Of a DNA stretch of 40,145 nt, positions 1 through 12,238 are shown in pieces. Position 1 is the stretch's first letter. Each line of letters begins with the position of its first letter. The DNA is from Chiloscyllium plagiosum (taxonomy: Eukaryota), in contig NC_057718.1 in assembly GCF_004010195.1 (NCBI RefSeq), forward strand, positions 45,015,843 to 45,055,987. Reading direction: 5' to 3'. The position numbers and the translations under genes are program-made. Below the pieces are notes generated by a model that was not told where the DNA came from, did no database searches, and was given only the letters and a program-made list of their open reading frames with translations.

Positions 1-217
1 ATGGTCTGGGAGATGATGGTTTGGTGATGGGGGATGGGGTCATGGTCGAGTGGGCAGTAGGAAGAGATGTCCTCGAGTTGGCGTTTGGCTTCAGCGGTGT
101 AGAGGTCAGTGCACCAGACTACCACTGCGCCCCCTTTTTCCGCTGGCTTGATGGTGAGGTTGGGATTAGAGCAGAGGGATTGGAGGGCTGCACGCATCTG
201 CAGTCATTGTTTTTACC
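1..217 (-). mobile_element. Penelope-like retroelement RT fragment (cut by window start) with a short inverted tail piece
   Basis: Minus strand translates as RAALQSLCSNPNLTIKPAEKGGAVVVWCTDLYTAEAKRQLED (Penelope ADKG-type motif) and resembles 25515-25710. Bases 194-217 (gcatctgcagtcattgtttttacc) match the Penelope tail at 29596-29619 and run opposite to the RT. Confidence 0.8.
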
Positions 218-2245
218 ACTACCATACCCATCCCTGGATATATCCTTTCCCACTAGCAGGGCAGACCCAGCAGAGATGGTGGCACAGTGATATACAGTCC
301 AGTGGGAGTTACCCTGGAAATCCTGAACATTGACTCCTAATGTCATGAAATCTCATGGCATCAGGTAAAACCTGGGCAAGGAAGCCTCCTGCTGACTACC
401 ACCTACCATCCTCCCTCAGCTGATGAATCAGTACACCTCCATGTTGAATGACACTTTGAGGAGGCACTGAGGGTGTTTGTGCTACAAAATATACACTACG
501 TGGGAAATTTCAATGTCCACCACCAAGAGCGGCTTGACAGCAGCAGTACTGACCAAGGTGGTTAGGTGCTAAAGGAAATTACTGCTAGACTAGATCTGCG
601 CTAGTTGGTGAGGGAACCAGCAAACAAACAAACTGCACCAATCTGCCATGAGTAAGACTAAGGTAAGAGTGACCACTGCACAATCCTTGTGGAGACAAAG
701 ACATGCCTTCACATTGAGAGTACCTTGCAAAGTGTTGTACCGCACTATCAACATGCTAAATGGAACTGACTTCTAACAGATTTAGCAACTCAAGACTGGC
801 CATCCATGAGGTACTGTGGGCCATCAGCAGCAGCAGAGTCATACTCCAATTCAATCTGTAACCTCATGGCCCAGCATATTCCCCACTCAACCATTACCAT
901 CTAGCCAGGGGATCAACCTGGTTCAGTGGACAGCATGCCAGGAGCAGCTTAAAAATGAGGTATACTTAAAAATGAGGTGTCAACCTGGTGAAGCTATCAA
1001 ACAGGACTACTTGCACGCCAAACAGGATAAGCAATAAGTGGTATATGGAGCTAAGTGATTCCACAACCAATGGATCATATTGAAGTTCTGCAGACCTGCA
1101 ATATCCTGTTGTGAATGGTAGTGGACAATTAAACAGCTCTGCACTGGAGAAGAAGGCTCCCCAAGAAACTCCTCATCAAGGAGCCCGAGAAAAACTGCGA
1201 TCAATGGGTATTGGGAGAAAATTCTCTTTTGGCTGGAATCCAACCTGGCACAAAGGAAGATTGTTATGGCTTTTAGAAATCAGTCACCTTAGCTCCAGAC
1301 CACGCCTGCAGGTGTTCCTCGGAATAGTCTCCTAATTTCAACCATCTTTAGCTGCTTTATCAATGACCTTCTGTCCATCATAAGGTCAGAGGTAGGGATG
1401 TTTGCTGATGACTGCACAATGTGCAGCACAATTCACGAATCCTCAGATATTGAAGCAAACCCTAGCCAAATGCAGCAAGACCTGCACAATATCGAGGCTT
1501 GGACTGAAACATAAGTAAGTAACATTCACGCCATACAAATACCAGGCAATGACCATGTCCAATAAGAGACAATGAAACCATTGCTCCTTGATTTTTGATG
1601 GCATTGTTATCACTGAATCCCTACTATTAACTATTGGCAAGAGACTGAAGTGGATGTGCTACATTAATACAGTGACAACAAGAGCACGGTAGAGGCTGAG
1701 AATCCTATCGCGAGTAATTTATCCCCTGACTCCCCACAGCCTGTCAACTATTTACAAGACACAAGTCAGGAATGTGGTGGTATACTTCACTTGCTTGAAT
1801 GAGTGCAGCTCCAACAACACTCAAGAAGCTTGACACCATCTAGGACAAAGCGGCCCATTTGATTGGCACCACATCCACAAGCATCCAAGCCCTCCCTTAC
1901 TAACACTGAGTAGCAGTGGTGTGTGCTTTCTCCAGTATGCATTGTAGAAATGCACCAAACATCTTTAGACAGTACCTTCAAAACCCATCATCACTCCCAT
2001 TTTGAATGACAAGGGCAGCAGTTCCTTTGAAAGACATTTACCATCCTGACTTAGAAATATATTGCTATTCCTTCAGGCCAAAATCCTGGAGTTCACAGAA
2101 AAGGGCACTGTGGATCTCCCTACAGATTGTGGACTGCAGCAGTTGAAGGAAGCTGCTCACTATCACCTTCTCAATGGCAACTAGGGAGAAGCAATAACTG
2201 CTCGCCCAGCCAGCAATGGCCTCAATTTCATGAGTGAATAAATCA
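218..2245 (+). mobile_element. Decayed CR1/L2-superfamily LINE (APE endonuclease + RT remnants, 3' tail)
   Basis: Endonuclease-like remnants at 220-530 (GNFNVHHQE at ~503-530). RT motif FINDLLSIIRSEVGMFADDCT at ~1355-1420. The 3' end (caactaggga...gaataaa, ~2180-2242) is shared with the antisense copy at 21160-21700. Many stops, frameshifts and internal deletions. Confidence 0.75.
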
Positions 2246-2296
2246 ACCATTTTGTGCAGAATGATAATACTAGTATTTTATATCATGTTTCTCCAG

Positions 2297-2374
2297 GGAA
2301 GATGAGATGAAATATTTACGATTTCTCAAAGAAGTAACGGATGATATATTGTGCAGAGGTTACCATTCTAACAG
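2297..2374 (+). CDS. SPATA7: Internal coding exon of a SPATA7-family gene (78 nt, phase 2/2)
   Basis: Acceptor tttctccag, donor ag|gtaagt. Translates (x)EDEMKYLRFLKEVTDDILCRGYHSN(R), resembling the SPATA7 C-terminal block as I recall it (EEELLYLSFIEDVTDEILKLGLFSNR). Ortholog versus paralog is unresolved. Confidence 0.85.
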
Positions 2375-2407
2375 GTAAGTTAAAGGAAATAGATTTCCCA
2401 GAGTTTT

Positions 2408-3734
2408 GTGACTTTATAAGTGTATTTATTAACTGTAAATTAGTTTTGTGGCGACAACTTTCATGTTGAAGCTACAGGATCTCACAAATTAAGAACAAAT
2501 GTGGCAATTTTGGGTGCATGGAGAAGTGATTGATAATAATAAATAGATGAAATTCACTATTTCTCTAAATCTGTGTGCTGAGCAGCCAGCTATCTATAAC
2601 TGGTAACATTTATGAAACAGACAATTCCAAGAAATACTAGGTAGTAACATTCTACCCAGCAAATAGGAGCCAGTTGCAAGGTTTTCCATAGGTTGCTCAG
2701 GACAGTTTGAGCATCACGGAACAGGAGTTCAAAGGGGATAGGCAGTGATTGTTCTAGATGGAGATGGAGGTAAACTCTACATTTAGGGGTGCTGCAGTAG
2801 TTTTACTGTTGGAAAGGCAGCTGAATTACACAGATTCTGTGCAAGTTACTCAACTTAGGAACCAAAAGAAGTTGAATGGTTCTGTGCTGTTGGAATGAAT
2901 TTGGGAAGGAGTTATATAAATTAGGAGGCAGCTCAGTGTTGGAGTCAGGACTGAGAAGAGGTCCTAATGAGATCAGGATATAGGAGGTTGCAGGCTTTGT
3001 GTTGGAGAAGCAGTGAGGGACTCAAATGAAGCCTGTCAGCATTAATAATTCAGTGTAGCTGAGAGATTCATGGCTGAAAAGCTGACCAGCAATATTTGCT
3101 TGATGCAGGATTCAAATGTGGGAAAAAAACAAGGGCTTGGCTGACTGGGTGAAGCTTTAGGGATTTGATGGGCTTTGTGAAGCTTTCTATGGATAAGCAG
3201 CTCCAGTTATGTTTGTGAATAAATGATGGGGTGCAGTTCAGAATTCAGGCAGCCTATAACCAGGAAAGGAAGGTGATCAATCAGAACAGAAGGAATCGTT
3301 GACAAATTCATGACAGAATGGTTGTTGAGAGAGAGTTTCAAGACCAAATCAGCAGAAGTGAAGAATTGTAATCCCTTGTGAAGTTTAATGAGATTTAATG
3401 TTTAATGGCCTTAGCATCTGGGGAGATGTGCGGGGAATTCTGTGGGATCTATATTGATCACATTTGCTATTTGATATGGATTCTCTTTGGTTGATTATAT
3501 CTATTTACTCATATTCACCACATATAAATGCCAGCTGTTCGAGATAAGTTGTAAATGTATTGCAGACTGTCTTCCTGTTCTAAACTTGTATAGGAAAGTT
3601 AGTGCTTGTTCAAAACTGTGAAGTATCTTGAGGCCTTATTCTTTTAACAAGCTCCCTTGATCTCACACATTGTCTGTTTCGCAATTAAAAGTTTATTGTA
3701 AAATAAATCAGGCAGTCTGATGCAGGTTCGTAAC
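2408..3734. repeat. Possible old solo LTR or unclassified repeat in the intron
   Basis: Begins tg..., ends ...cgtaaca (TG..CA-like), has no ORF, and contains TATA-like and AATAAA sites. No TSD is visible, so support is weak. Confidence 0.2.
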
Positions 3735-4273
3735 AGGTCATAATTTTCACATTGAAGGCACAGGATCTCATCTATCAAGAACAAAATGGCACAGAGCACA
3801 TATGTTTGTACCCAACATCTTTAGATTTCCAATGGGCAGCTCCTGGATGAGAGAAAATAATCATGTGTTTCCAAAATCCTGCTTATTCTTATTGAACAGT
3901 ACCATTTCTGTCGTTGGTAATATTAATTTTGATGGGTGAAATTATATTGACAATCTTACCTAATTTTTCTTTCTGTTCATTGATTTCCTGGGAGAATGAA
4001 ATGTCATTTCATGTACTATTTCAACCTATCCGGCACTTCACCGAGGGATCATTTTTTATGAGTAAGCCTGGAAGTTCAGGGTTGATGGGCAACCAATGGA
4101 GGAGCATCACTATTATCAATGGATATGTTTACACTTCATTAGAGTACATAGATATCTTGTGACTGAAGTTGTGTTGGTAGCTCTCAAGTAGCATAAATCT
4201 AATGCCCTTATGCATATCATTAGAACCATTCACAGACTAATGATCATCAAACGCATATTTGGCTATACAGTAG

Positions 4274-5072
4274 GAGACAGTGAGGTCTGCAGATGCTGGA
4301 GATCAGAGTTGAGAGTGTGTTGCTGGAAAAACACAGCAGGTCAGGCAGCATCCGAGGAGCAGGACAATCAATGTTTCGGGCCAGAGCCCTTCATCAGAAA
4401 TGAGGCCTGTCCGATGCAGTAGATAAATACCATTTGTCGAGTGCATGTATCCTCCTCAGAATGTAGAAATATAGAGGTCTGCTGCAGTTCTGGGAAAGTA
4501 AGGCTCTGAGCTGGGGCAGGACTGACTGCAGGTAGAGTAGATGGTGGCGCATGGCTGATAGCATGAAGCGGAGGATCCAGAAAGAGAATCGTTGTTGAAG
4601 GTTTCAGATATGTAGTGTGTCCAAACTGGGTTGGCCTGAATGTGGTCCAGAGTCCATGTGGGATCAGATGGTTCCGTAGGCAGGTGGTGAGGAAGGAGGT
4701 GTGGCTGTGGTAGCGAACCTGCTTGAGGACGTGGCTGAAGAGCTTCAGGGCAGAGGAGAGGACTTGGGCAGTACTGTGAGAGAGGGACTCACTGAGATCT
4801 TTGTAGAGGGAGGAAGAGAACTTCTTCAAGGTAGGCATCCTTGGAAGCGGTTTCACAGTAAGGTTGAAATCAACTAGGAGACAGTGAGGTCTGCAGATGT
4901 TGGAGATCAGCATTGACAGTGTGGTGCTGGAAAAGCACAGCAGGTCAGGCAGCATCTGAGGAGCAGGAAAGTCGACATTTTGGGCCACAGCCCTTCATCA
5001 GGAATGAGGCCTTGTTCCTGATGAAGGACCCCAACCCAAAACGCCAACATTCCTGCTCCTCAGATGCTTCCC
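4274..5072 (-). mobile_element. Penelope-like insertion: tandem 3' tails around an N-terminal ORF piece, plus an inverted tail
   Basis: 15-bp TSD ttggctatacagtag at 4259-4273 and 5073-5087. Direct repeat 4271-4408 vs 4875-5012. Inverted tail copy at ~5015-5068. Contains degenerate CTGATGA..GAAA hammerhead cores. Confidence 0.85.
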
Positions 5073-5376
5073 TTGGCTATACAGTAGTCAAGATTGGAAA
5101 GTCCAGTCAAGTCCAATTGTAGTACACCTTCTCATACCCCAATTAAAATGTAGACCGGAGATTGAATTTGGAACCTGTCTTTTCTCTGTGATTCCATGAA
5201 TATAAAGCTTTCAATTTGCTTGCTGAGCTCTGGGAGAGTTGTAAAGTGTAACTTTAATAGCCTTCTCAAACTTTGTACAACTAATATTATTTAAATATTT
5301 TGACACATAAAGGACGTTGTCAACCTAATTAAACAACAAACTTATTCTGCTTAATTTGTTTCTACATCTTTTGCAG

Positions 5377-5434
5377 GATCCTGGAAAACATTTTTCAAAT
5401 ACACGTTGAAAGAAGCAAATACCATCTTAATGAG
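5377..5434 (+). CDS. SPATA7: Next internal coding exon of the SPATA7-family gene (58 nt, phase 2/0)
   Basis: Acceptor tctacatcttttgcag, donor gag|gtaaac. Splices in frame to 2297-2374, giving ...SN-R-ILENIFQIHVERSKYHLNE, which resembles SPATA7 RFLERLFERHIKQNKHLEE (recalled). Confidence 0.85.
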
Positions 5435-6499
5435 GTAAACTACAGTTCATGTTTGATGATCCATGCAGTAATTATTGTGTGCACAGTGACATCAGCATAT
5501 AAGGCAGCTGTCAGAGTTTGATACTGATGGACAGTGTTTTTGATTTCATTCTCACAATTAAGTGTTAGCTGACAAAAAATAGTTTTCTGCTGTTATCTGG
5601 CAAGTCTTCTCAGATTGTTCCAGAGATCTCTTCTACACAAATGCATAATCTAGCATCGGGGGGAGAATTTTTTTTTTGTGATCCAAGGAAAAAGCTGTAG
5701 TGTTAATCTGCAAGTATAAGAATATATGGCCTGAAAGAAAACTGGTTTATAACAGTAACATAAGAAAATTTAGAGGCAATTTTGTAAAGCAGAAAATAAA
5801 TATGCTGTTATTTAATTGAGTGCTTAGCTATTTACAGATTGTTTTTTTTAAAACGTTTCAAAAATTATTGGTAGGATGAACATCCAAGTGGCTCTTATTT
5901 CTTGTCCAATTAATTTTGGCACCAGATCTAGAAGGTTCTCCTCCATAATTTGCAGCCAAGCCTAACTTCCATTGCTTAGCGCCTGCTTCTTCTGATTATC
6001 CTGCAGGAGATAAGGGAGTGTAAAAGTGAGTGTGATGCAATGTGTTTGGATAACATACTTCTCATGATTGACCAGTACAAAATGTGCAAGGGAGAGATAA
6101 AGCAATGGATGTTAGGTATGAATCCCGATTGATAAAGATTGTTGAGAAGTGAATGCAGGGAACTGGAGTATTTTGAGTCAGAGAGTGTGTTGCAGTTGCT
6201 GAAATATGTCAGTGGAAGATTGTTTTCATTGACATTCACCACTTGACTGAAGGCATTGAATGTTTTTGCAATCTTGCACCTAGCTCTTTGAGGTTTGACT
6301 CCTTTTAAGTTCCAGGGAATTCTGGTCAGCTACAGGTCCCCTGCAGTTAATGCTTTTGGGTAATGAGTACCTTCACAGGGCTTTATGGTGCAGTGGTAGC
6401 ATCTCTCCTCTTCTGTCTCTCTGACTAATAGAAGTATTTGGAGTCATCTATCTCCAGTATTGTGTCATTTCCGAGATTAGATTGGATTATAAAACGTCC

Positions 6500-6722
6500 T
6501 CCAACACCTACGTAATCCCCAATGCATCGCCCCTTCAAGTACAGCCTGGCTTTGGTTGTGTTAGCCTGCCACAATTTTGGATTCCATGCACAGGGGTGAA
6601 GATACTCAGATACTCGCCTAATCAACCTGGTCAGAGATGTTATTACACACCGCTAGGGCAGTTGGAATTTGGGCCTCATGGCTCAGAGGTAGAGAGATGC
6701 TATCACTGCACCATAAAGCCCT
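6500..6722 (-). mobile_element. tRNA-derived SINE remnant
   Basis: Minus-strand head gggctttatggtgcagtgatagc resembles a Pol III A-box. The B-box is degenerate and the 3' boundary is approximate. Confidence 0.5.
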
Positions 6723-6964
6723 GTGAAGGTACTCATTACCCAATAGCACTTTTAATACAGGGTTTGTTCTGCAATCATAACAGTGGGACATCACCATGAG
6801 GTTTGTGTGAAGGTCAGTTATTAGTTAGTAGGCACCACCTTAAAGCACTGATACTTTGTATTAATTTATTGATTAATTGAAGTAGTAGATTGGTAGATTA
6901 CAGTAATTTTCTGTGTTAGGTTTCTACTGTGCTTGTGTTCAGAATGAAGGGGACAAATTTAAAC

Positions 6965-7100
6965 ATTGACATGCAAGTGCCAGTTTTGTTGCTATACTGG
7001 AACACCTTGGCTTGGAGTGCAGCTAGTTATGGAGCACAGGTCTTCAGTAGTATTGCTTGGAATTTGTCCAGTCATTGATGTATCCATTGCACTCAGCAAT
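6965..7100 (-). mobile_element. Short CR1/L2-type LINE RT fragment
   Basis: Minus strand reads like IPSNTTEDLCSITSCT / ILLKTCAP-LAALQAKVFQYSNKTG, an N-terminal RT region of this LINE type. Confidence 0.45.
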
Positions 7101-8494
7101 AACTACATAAGGTTTTGACTTATCAGAACAAGATGCAGTAATGCTTGGCATAGTTGAACGAAGTATGGAAGGGACTGACTAAGACCAGTTACTCTGCAAG
7201 ATTCATGTTTTTTGTAGATGTTAACATTGATTTTAATCCTCGGGCAGGTACCCAACAACCTGCATGTACATGTCACCTGTGCGCAGGTTCTTGATTAGGG
7301 ATTTTACAATACAACCCAGCTCTGCTGCAGTTGTTAGTTCTTCAGTGCTAAAGGATTTGGCAAATGGATCTTGGTGGAAACCTGCATGAGACTTTGTTTA
7401 ACATGGGAACCATGATTGTCCGCACAATCTTGATGGGTTCTTGGTCAAATTTTGATGATGTGTTGAATCGTGATGACTGTCTTCAAAGCCTTTGAAATTC
7501 AGTCTTCCTCTCTGGATCATGCTATTGAGGGTTTTAAATGATTCTAATGCTATAGTTGTTTAAGACAATGTTTTTCAAATTGAGGCAGATGGAGACTTGC
7601 CAACAAATTTTACTGTCTAGGAATCAAGTGATGTGGGGCTATAGCAAGAAAATTGAAGTAAGAGAAGACTTGACAGGCCATATGTTTCACTCCTGTTCCA
7701 ATGTTCTGAGGGTTTGTGAAATAGTCAAGTAGCACCCAAATGAGTGACTGTCAGAGGTTGGCTTCATAGTAAGCTGGAATCTGCCACAGGTACAGCACAG
7801 AGTGGGCTAACTGTCTCACCTTGGAGTGCAGCATACATGAAGCAACTCTGAGAACAGCAAGAAGACAAACTTTCAATTACTAAGGCTAATGGTGGGCAAC
7901 AGGTGAACTTAACCATATTCAAGGGAAGTGAGTTACCTTATATTTGAATAAAACATTACCAAACATAAATTCACCCAGATGTGTTGTATTGTTTCTTTTG
8001 AAATTAGTTGGGGTCTCCATGTTTAGAATCCATTTGAGAATCCCTGTTTCAAGAATTGATTACATTTCCACCTACAGAATCTGTTTGTGGAATAAAATTA
8101 CTCCTTAAGTATTCCTGCAGTTGCAAATGTGCTACTCATCATGACTTTGCTCCTTTAGTTAATCAGTGCATTCACACTACCAAGCTATGAGCGTGTTGAT
8201 TTTGTCTTTTGGTTATTAGACTTGACTAATGTCTGAAAACTGTTTACAATGGAATTAAAAAGGTAATTTACCACTCAACATCAACAGAGGTGCAATTTCC
8301 AAATTGCAGCCAGTGCAAATGAGATGTATAGTTTTCTCTGTAGTGGTGTGCCACATCTGCTGGTGTAACCAAGAACTAAGAAAACATTACAAATACATTT
8401 ATGTATTTAATGGAATGTGTTAGGTAGCATAACATCAAGATACAACTGAAGATGTGCAAAAAAGACAGTAATTTGATGCTTTGTTCATTTGTTG

Positions 8495-8800
8495 GAGTCA
8501 TTGTCTTCCTACAGTGTTGGTCACCATGGATCTGCAGTTCTGTCTGTCTTGTACTGCTGTTACAAGTTTTGCATACATCCGATGCATCCAGTTCATTATG
8601 TATGTCATCCATTTTCTCCTCTGATTCCTTTCTACCAGGTAGATAGATGCCTCTATTTGCCCTCTGTTCTAATGTTGTGACCAAAATATTATATCTTCCT
8701 CCTTTTGGTATTGCACACAAATTTCCCAATTTAGTTATGATGTGAAATTTAAAAGAACTGCAGAAATTGTGCTGGACTATAAACTGACGGGATACACATG
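8495..8800 (-). mobile_element. RTE-clade LINE C-terminal remnant
   Basis: A frame other than the listed ORF reads RNQRRKWMTYIMNWMHRMYAKLVTAVQDRQNCRSMVTNT, matching the RTE C-terminal pattern (RGRQRxxWxD...AQDRxxWR). Confidence 0.55.
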
Positions 8801-9837
8801 ATGTATGCAATATTGCATTAACTTAGGTTTTTGAGAACTAATTTCCTGCTCTTTAGATCTTATTTCCACGAAACTGTTTACCACTTATTTCCCTACTTGG
8901 CCTTCATGTTAGCTGATAGTATTAATAATTCTCTTTCTTAATGTATTTTCCTGGTCTTTTTCAAATCTGCTGCGTTCCCATTCTCCTCAAAAAAAGCAAA
9001 TCTTTCAACACTACCCATCATTCCCCCACCCCCCGCCCCCCAACACACGTAAACTATATGTCCTTCCCAGTATATTTGAGGCTTTTGAAATAGTTAACCA
9101 TTGCATCCTCCTCTAATTCCACTACACCATTATCCAGCTGTAGGACTGGAACTCCTGGTTGCATTCTTAACTAACCAACAGAAATCGGCAAATTATTCAT
9201 GCATGACTGCAGGATAACATGTATTGGGACATGAATATTAAAGGACAGGAAGGAAAGGAAAAGGTGGAGGAGAAACTCAGTTAATTAATTATGGTTTGAG
9301 CACAATAGAGAGCGATGACCTAAGTTCAGGAAACTGAGATGTAGATGTAGTTTTGGTAGAGATTAGAAATGATATTAGGAAGAAGTCACTTACGGGAGTG
9401 GTATACAGGCCCCTCTATCAGTAATCACATGGTAAGGCTGATAATATAGGAATCAAACAATGGAACCTTGTCAGAAAGATATGGCAATATCAACGTGCAT
9501 TTTAATCTGCATATAGATTGTAGGTAAATGAAGAGTTCATAGAATGTGTTTGTGATACTTTCTTGGAAGAACATGTTCTAGATCCAATCAGAGAGCAACC
9601 TATAGTATCCTGGTATTTTGCAATGATATAGAATTATTAATTCATCACGGTAAAAGCATCCCTAAATGGCAGTACCCATTAAAATTTACATTCATTTTGA
9701 AGGACAGTCGAGTGGGTCCAAGAGTAGTATTTAAACATAAATAAAAACAATTAAGAAGGCCTGAAAGTAGAGGTAACTACAGTGAACTGACAAATTAAGT
9801 TTAGGGAAATGTTAACAAAGATGCAATGGCAGACTTT

Positions 9838-11130
9838 AAGAGGATAGATTGTAGGGAAATAGATGGTGACACCTTGCAAAGTGTCCAGATTACAGAGGAG
9901 GAAGTGCTGGATGTCTTGAAATGGGTAAAGGTAGATAAATCCCCAGGACCTGATCAGGTGTACCCAAGAACTCTGTGGGAAGCTAGAGAAGTGATTGCTG
10001 GGCTTCTTGCTGAGATATGTGTATCATTGATAGTCACAGGTGAGGTGCCGGAAGACTAGAGGTTGGCAAACGTGGTGCCACTGTTTAAGAAGAGTGGTAA
10101 GGACAAGCCAGGNNNNNNNNNNNNNNNNNNNNNNNNNNNNNNNNNNNNNNNNNNNNNNNNNNNNNNNNNNNNNNNNNNNNNNNNNNNNNNNNNNNNNNNN
10201 NNNNNNNNNNNNNNNNNNNNNNNNNNNNNNNNNNNNNNNNNNNNNNNNNNNNNNNNNNNNNNNNNNNNNNNNNNNNNNNNNNNNNNNNNNNNNNNNNNNN
10301 NNNNNNNNNNNNNNNNNNNNNNNNNNNNNNNNNNNNNNNNNNNNNNNNNNNNNNNNNNNNNNNNNNNNNNNNNNNNNNNNNNNNNNNNNNNNNNNNNNNN
10401 NNNNNNNNNNNNNNNNNNNNNNNNNNNNNNNNNNNNNNNNNNNNNNNNNNNNNNNNNNNNNNNNNNNNNNNNNNNNNNNNNNNNNNNNNNNNNNNNNNNN
10501 NNNNNNNNNNNNNNNNNNNNNNNNNNNNNNNNNNNNNNNNNNNNNNNNNNNNNNNNNNNNNNNNNNNNNNNNNNNNNNNNNNNNNNNNNNNNNNNNNNNN
10601 NNNNNNNNNNNNNNNNNNNNNNNNNNNNNNNNNNNNNNNNNNNNNNNNNNNNNNNNNNNNNNNNNNNNNNNNNNNNNNNNNNNNNNNNNNNNNNNNNNNN
10701 NNNNNNNNNNNNNNNNNNNNNNNNNNNNNNNNNNNNNNNNNNNNNNNNNNNNNNNNNNNNNNNNNNNNNNNNNNNNNNNNNNNNNNNNNNNNNNNNNNNN
10801 NNNNNNNNNNNNNNNNNNNNNNNNNNNNNNNNNNNNNNNNNNNNNNNNNNNNNNNNNNNNNNNNNNNNNNNNNNNNNNNNNNNNNNNNNNNNNNNNNNNN
10901 NNNNNNNNNNNNNNNNNNNNNNNNNNAATGAGCTGCCAGAGGAAGTGATGGAGGCTATTACAATTGCAACATTTAAGAGGCATTTGGATAGTTATATGAA
11001 TAGGAAGGGTTTGGAGGGATATGGGCAGGGTGCTGGCAGGTGGACTAGATTGGGATATCTGGTCGGCATGGACCAGTTAGACCGAAAGGTCTGTTTCCAT
11101 GCTGTACATCTCTATGATTCTATGACTCTA
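9838..11130 (+). mobile_element. Younger 5'-truncated CR1 LINE nested in the older CR1 (spans an N gap)
   Basis: ORF fragments VDKSPGPDQVYPRTLWEAREVIAG and ANVVPLFKKSGKDKP; after the gap NELPEEVMEAITIATFKRHLDSYMNRKGLEGYG. Tail ctctatgattctatgactcta. Same family as 16021-19870. Confidence 0.88.
10113..10926. other. Assembly gap (N run)
   Basis: Run of n characters. Confidence 0.99.
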
Positions 11131-12081
11131 AAGAAAAATTCCAGGGACGACCCATTATCCGTGGTTAGCTAAAAAAAGTTAAAGGTAGGTATCAAGCTTA
11201 GAGAGAAAGCATATTCTGACACAAAAATAGGTCAGAAGATGAGATGTAACATAAAACATCAAAGAATGACTAAAAGAATAATAGGGGAAAAATTAAAGCA
11301 TGAGAACAACTAGAAACAAAAAAAACAATAGTAAGAATTTCTATGAATACTTTGAAAATAAAGAGCTAACAAAATGCATACAGGTCCAATAAAATGTGTG
11401 TCTAGGGAAATAATATTGCATGGTAAGGAGATGGCTGATGAATTGTACATTATTTCTCATCGGTTTTCACAGTAGAGGAATCATAATTTGCTAAAAAATT
11501 AGGAAATGGAATGGAGGGAGTTAATCAAGAAAATTATAATCACCAGAGTAGTGGCACAGGCAGATTATTGAAGTTGCAGGTGACAAGTCCCAGGATTCTG
11601 TTAGACTTCATCTTAATGTAACTCTTTCAGTCAAAAAAAAAGGAGGGAGACAGAAAGCAGAAAGCTACATGCCAAATAGCTTAGTATCCGATATATGGAA
11701 GATTTTAGACACTATTATTAAAGGTATAATTAAAAGAATGTCAAGATATTTGGGGTAATCACGTAGAATTAACATGGTTTAATGAAAGGGAAATCATGTT
11801 TTAACAGATTTATTGGAGCTCTTTGAGCAAGTAACATGTGTGGATAAAGCAGAATCCGTGAATTTACTGTAATTAGATTTCCAGAAGGCGCTTGATAAGG
11901 ATTACTTACTTATTTAGTCATTGCTTAATCACCTCAAGACCTACATCAGCATGGAAGAATGAAATTTTTGATTCTAAAAGACTGCATAAGATAACATTAA
12001 AGACCATTGGTGAAAATAGAAGCTCATTCTCTTGAGGGTAACATGTGAGTATGGATAGAAGACTGGCTGACTAACAGGAAG

Positions 12082-12238
12082 GAGAAAATGAGGACTGCAG
12101 ATGCTGGAGATCAGAGCTGAAAATGTGTTGCTGGAAAAGCGCAGCAGGTCAGGCAGCATCCAAGGAGCAGAAGAATCAACGTTTCGGGCATGAGCCATTC
12201 CTGAAGAAGGGCTCATGCCCGAAACATCAATTTTCTGG
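12082..12238 (-). mobile_element. Short Penelope tail insertion with internal fold-back
   Basis: 11-bp TSD ctaacaggaag at 12071-12081 and 12239-12249. Inverted arms gtttcgggcatgagcc (12181-12196) and ggctcatgcccgaaac (12210-12225). Confidence 0.85.

Noticed and set aside
6007..6132. Open phase-0 frame after ctgcag (EIRECKSECDAM...) as the next exon
   Set aside because: No resemblance to the expected SPATA7 continuation; unsupported without RNA data.
7125..7165. ag|AAC AAG ATG CAG as the missing SPATA7 terminal exon (NKMQ)
   Set aside because: An immediate TAA and a second stop follow, and the acceptor is weak; likely chance.
8376..8810. 144-aa minus-strand ORF containing EEKMDDIHNEL
   Set aside because: Wrong strand for the SPATA7 exons, and another frame reads as an RTE LINE C-terminus.
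10024..11172. Long ORFs of 302-369 aa in the ORF track
   Set aside because: They are artefacts of translating through the N gap; the real flanks are CR1 ORF2.
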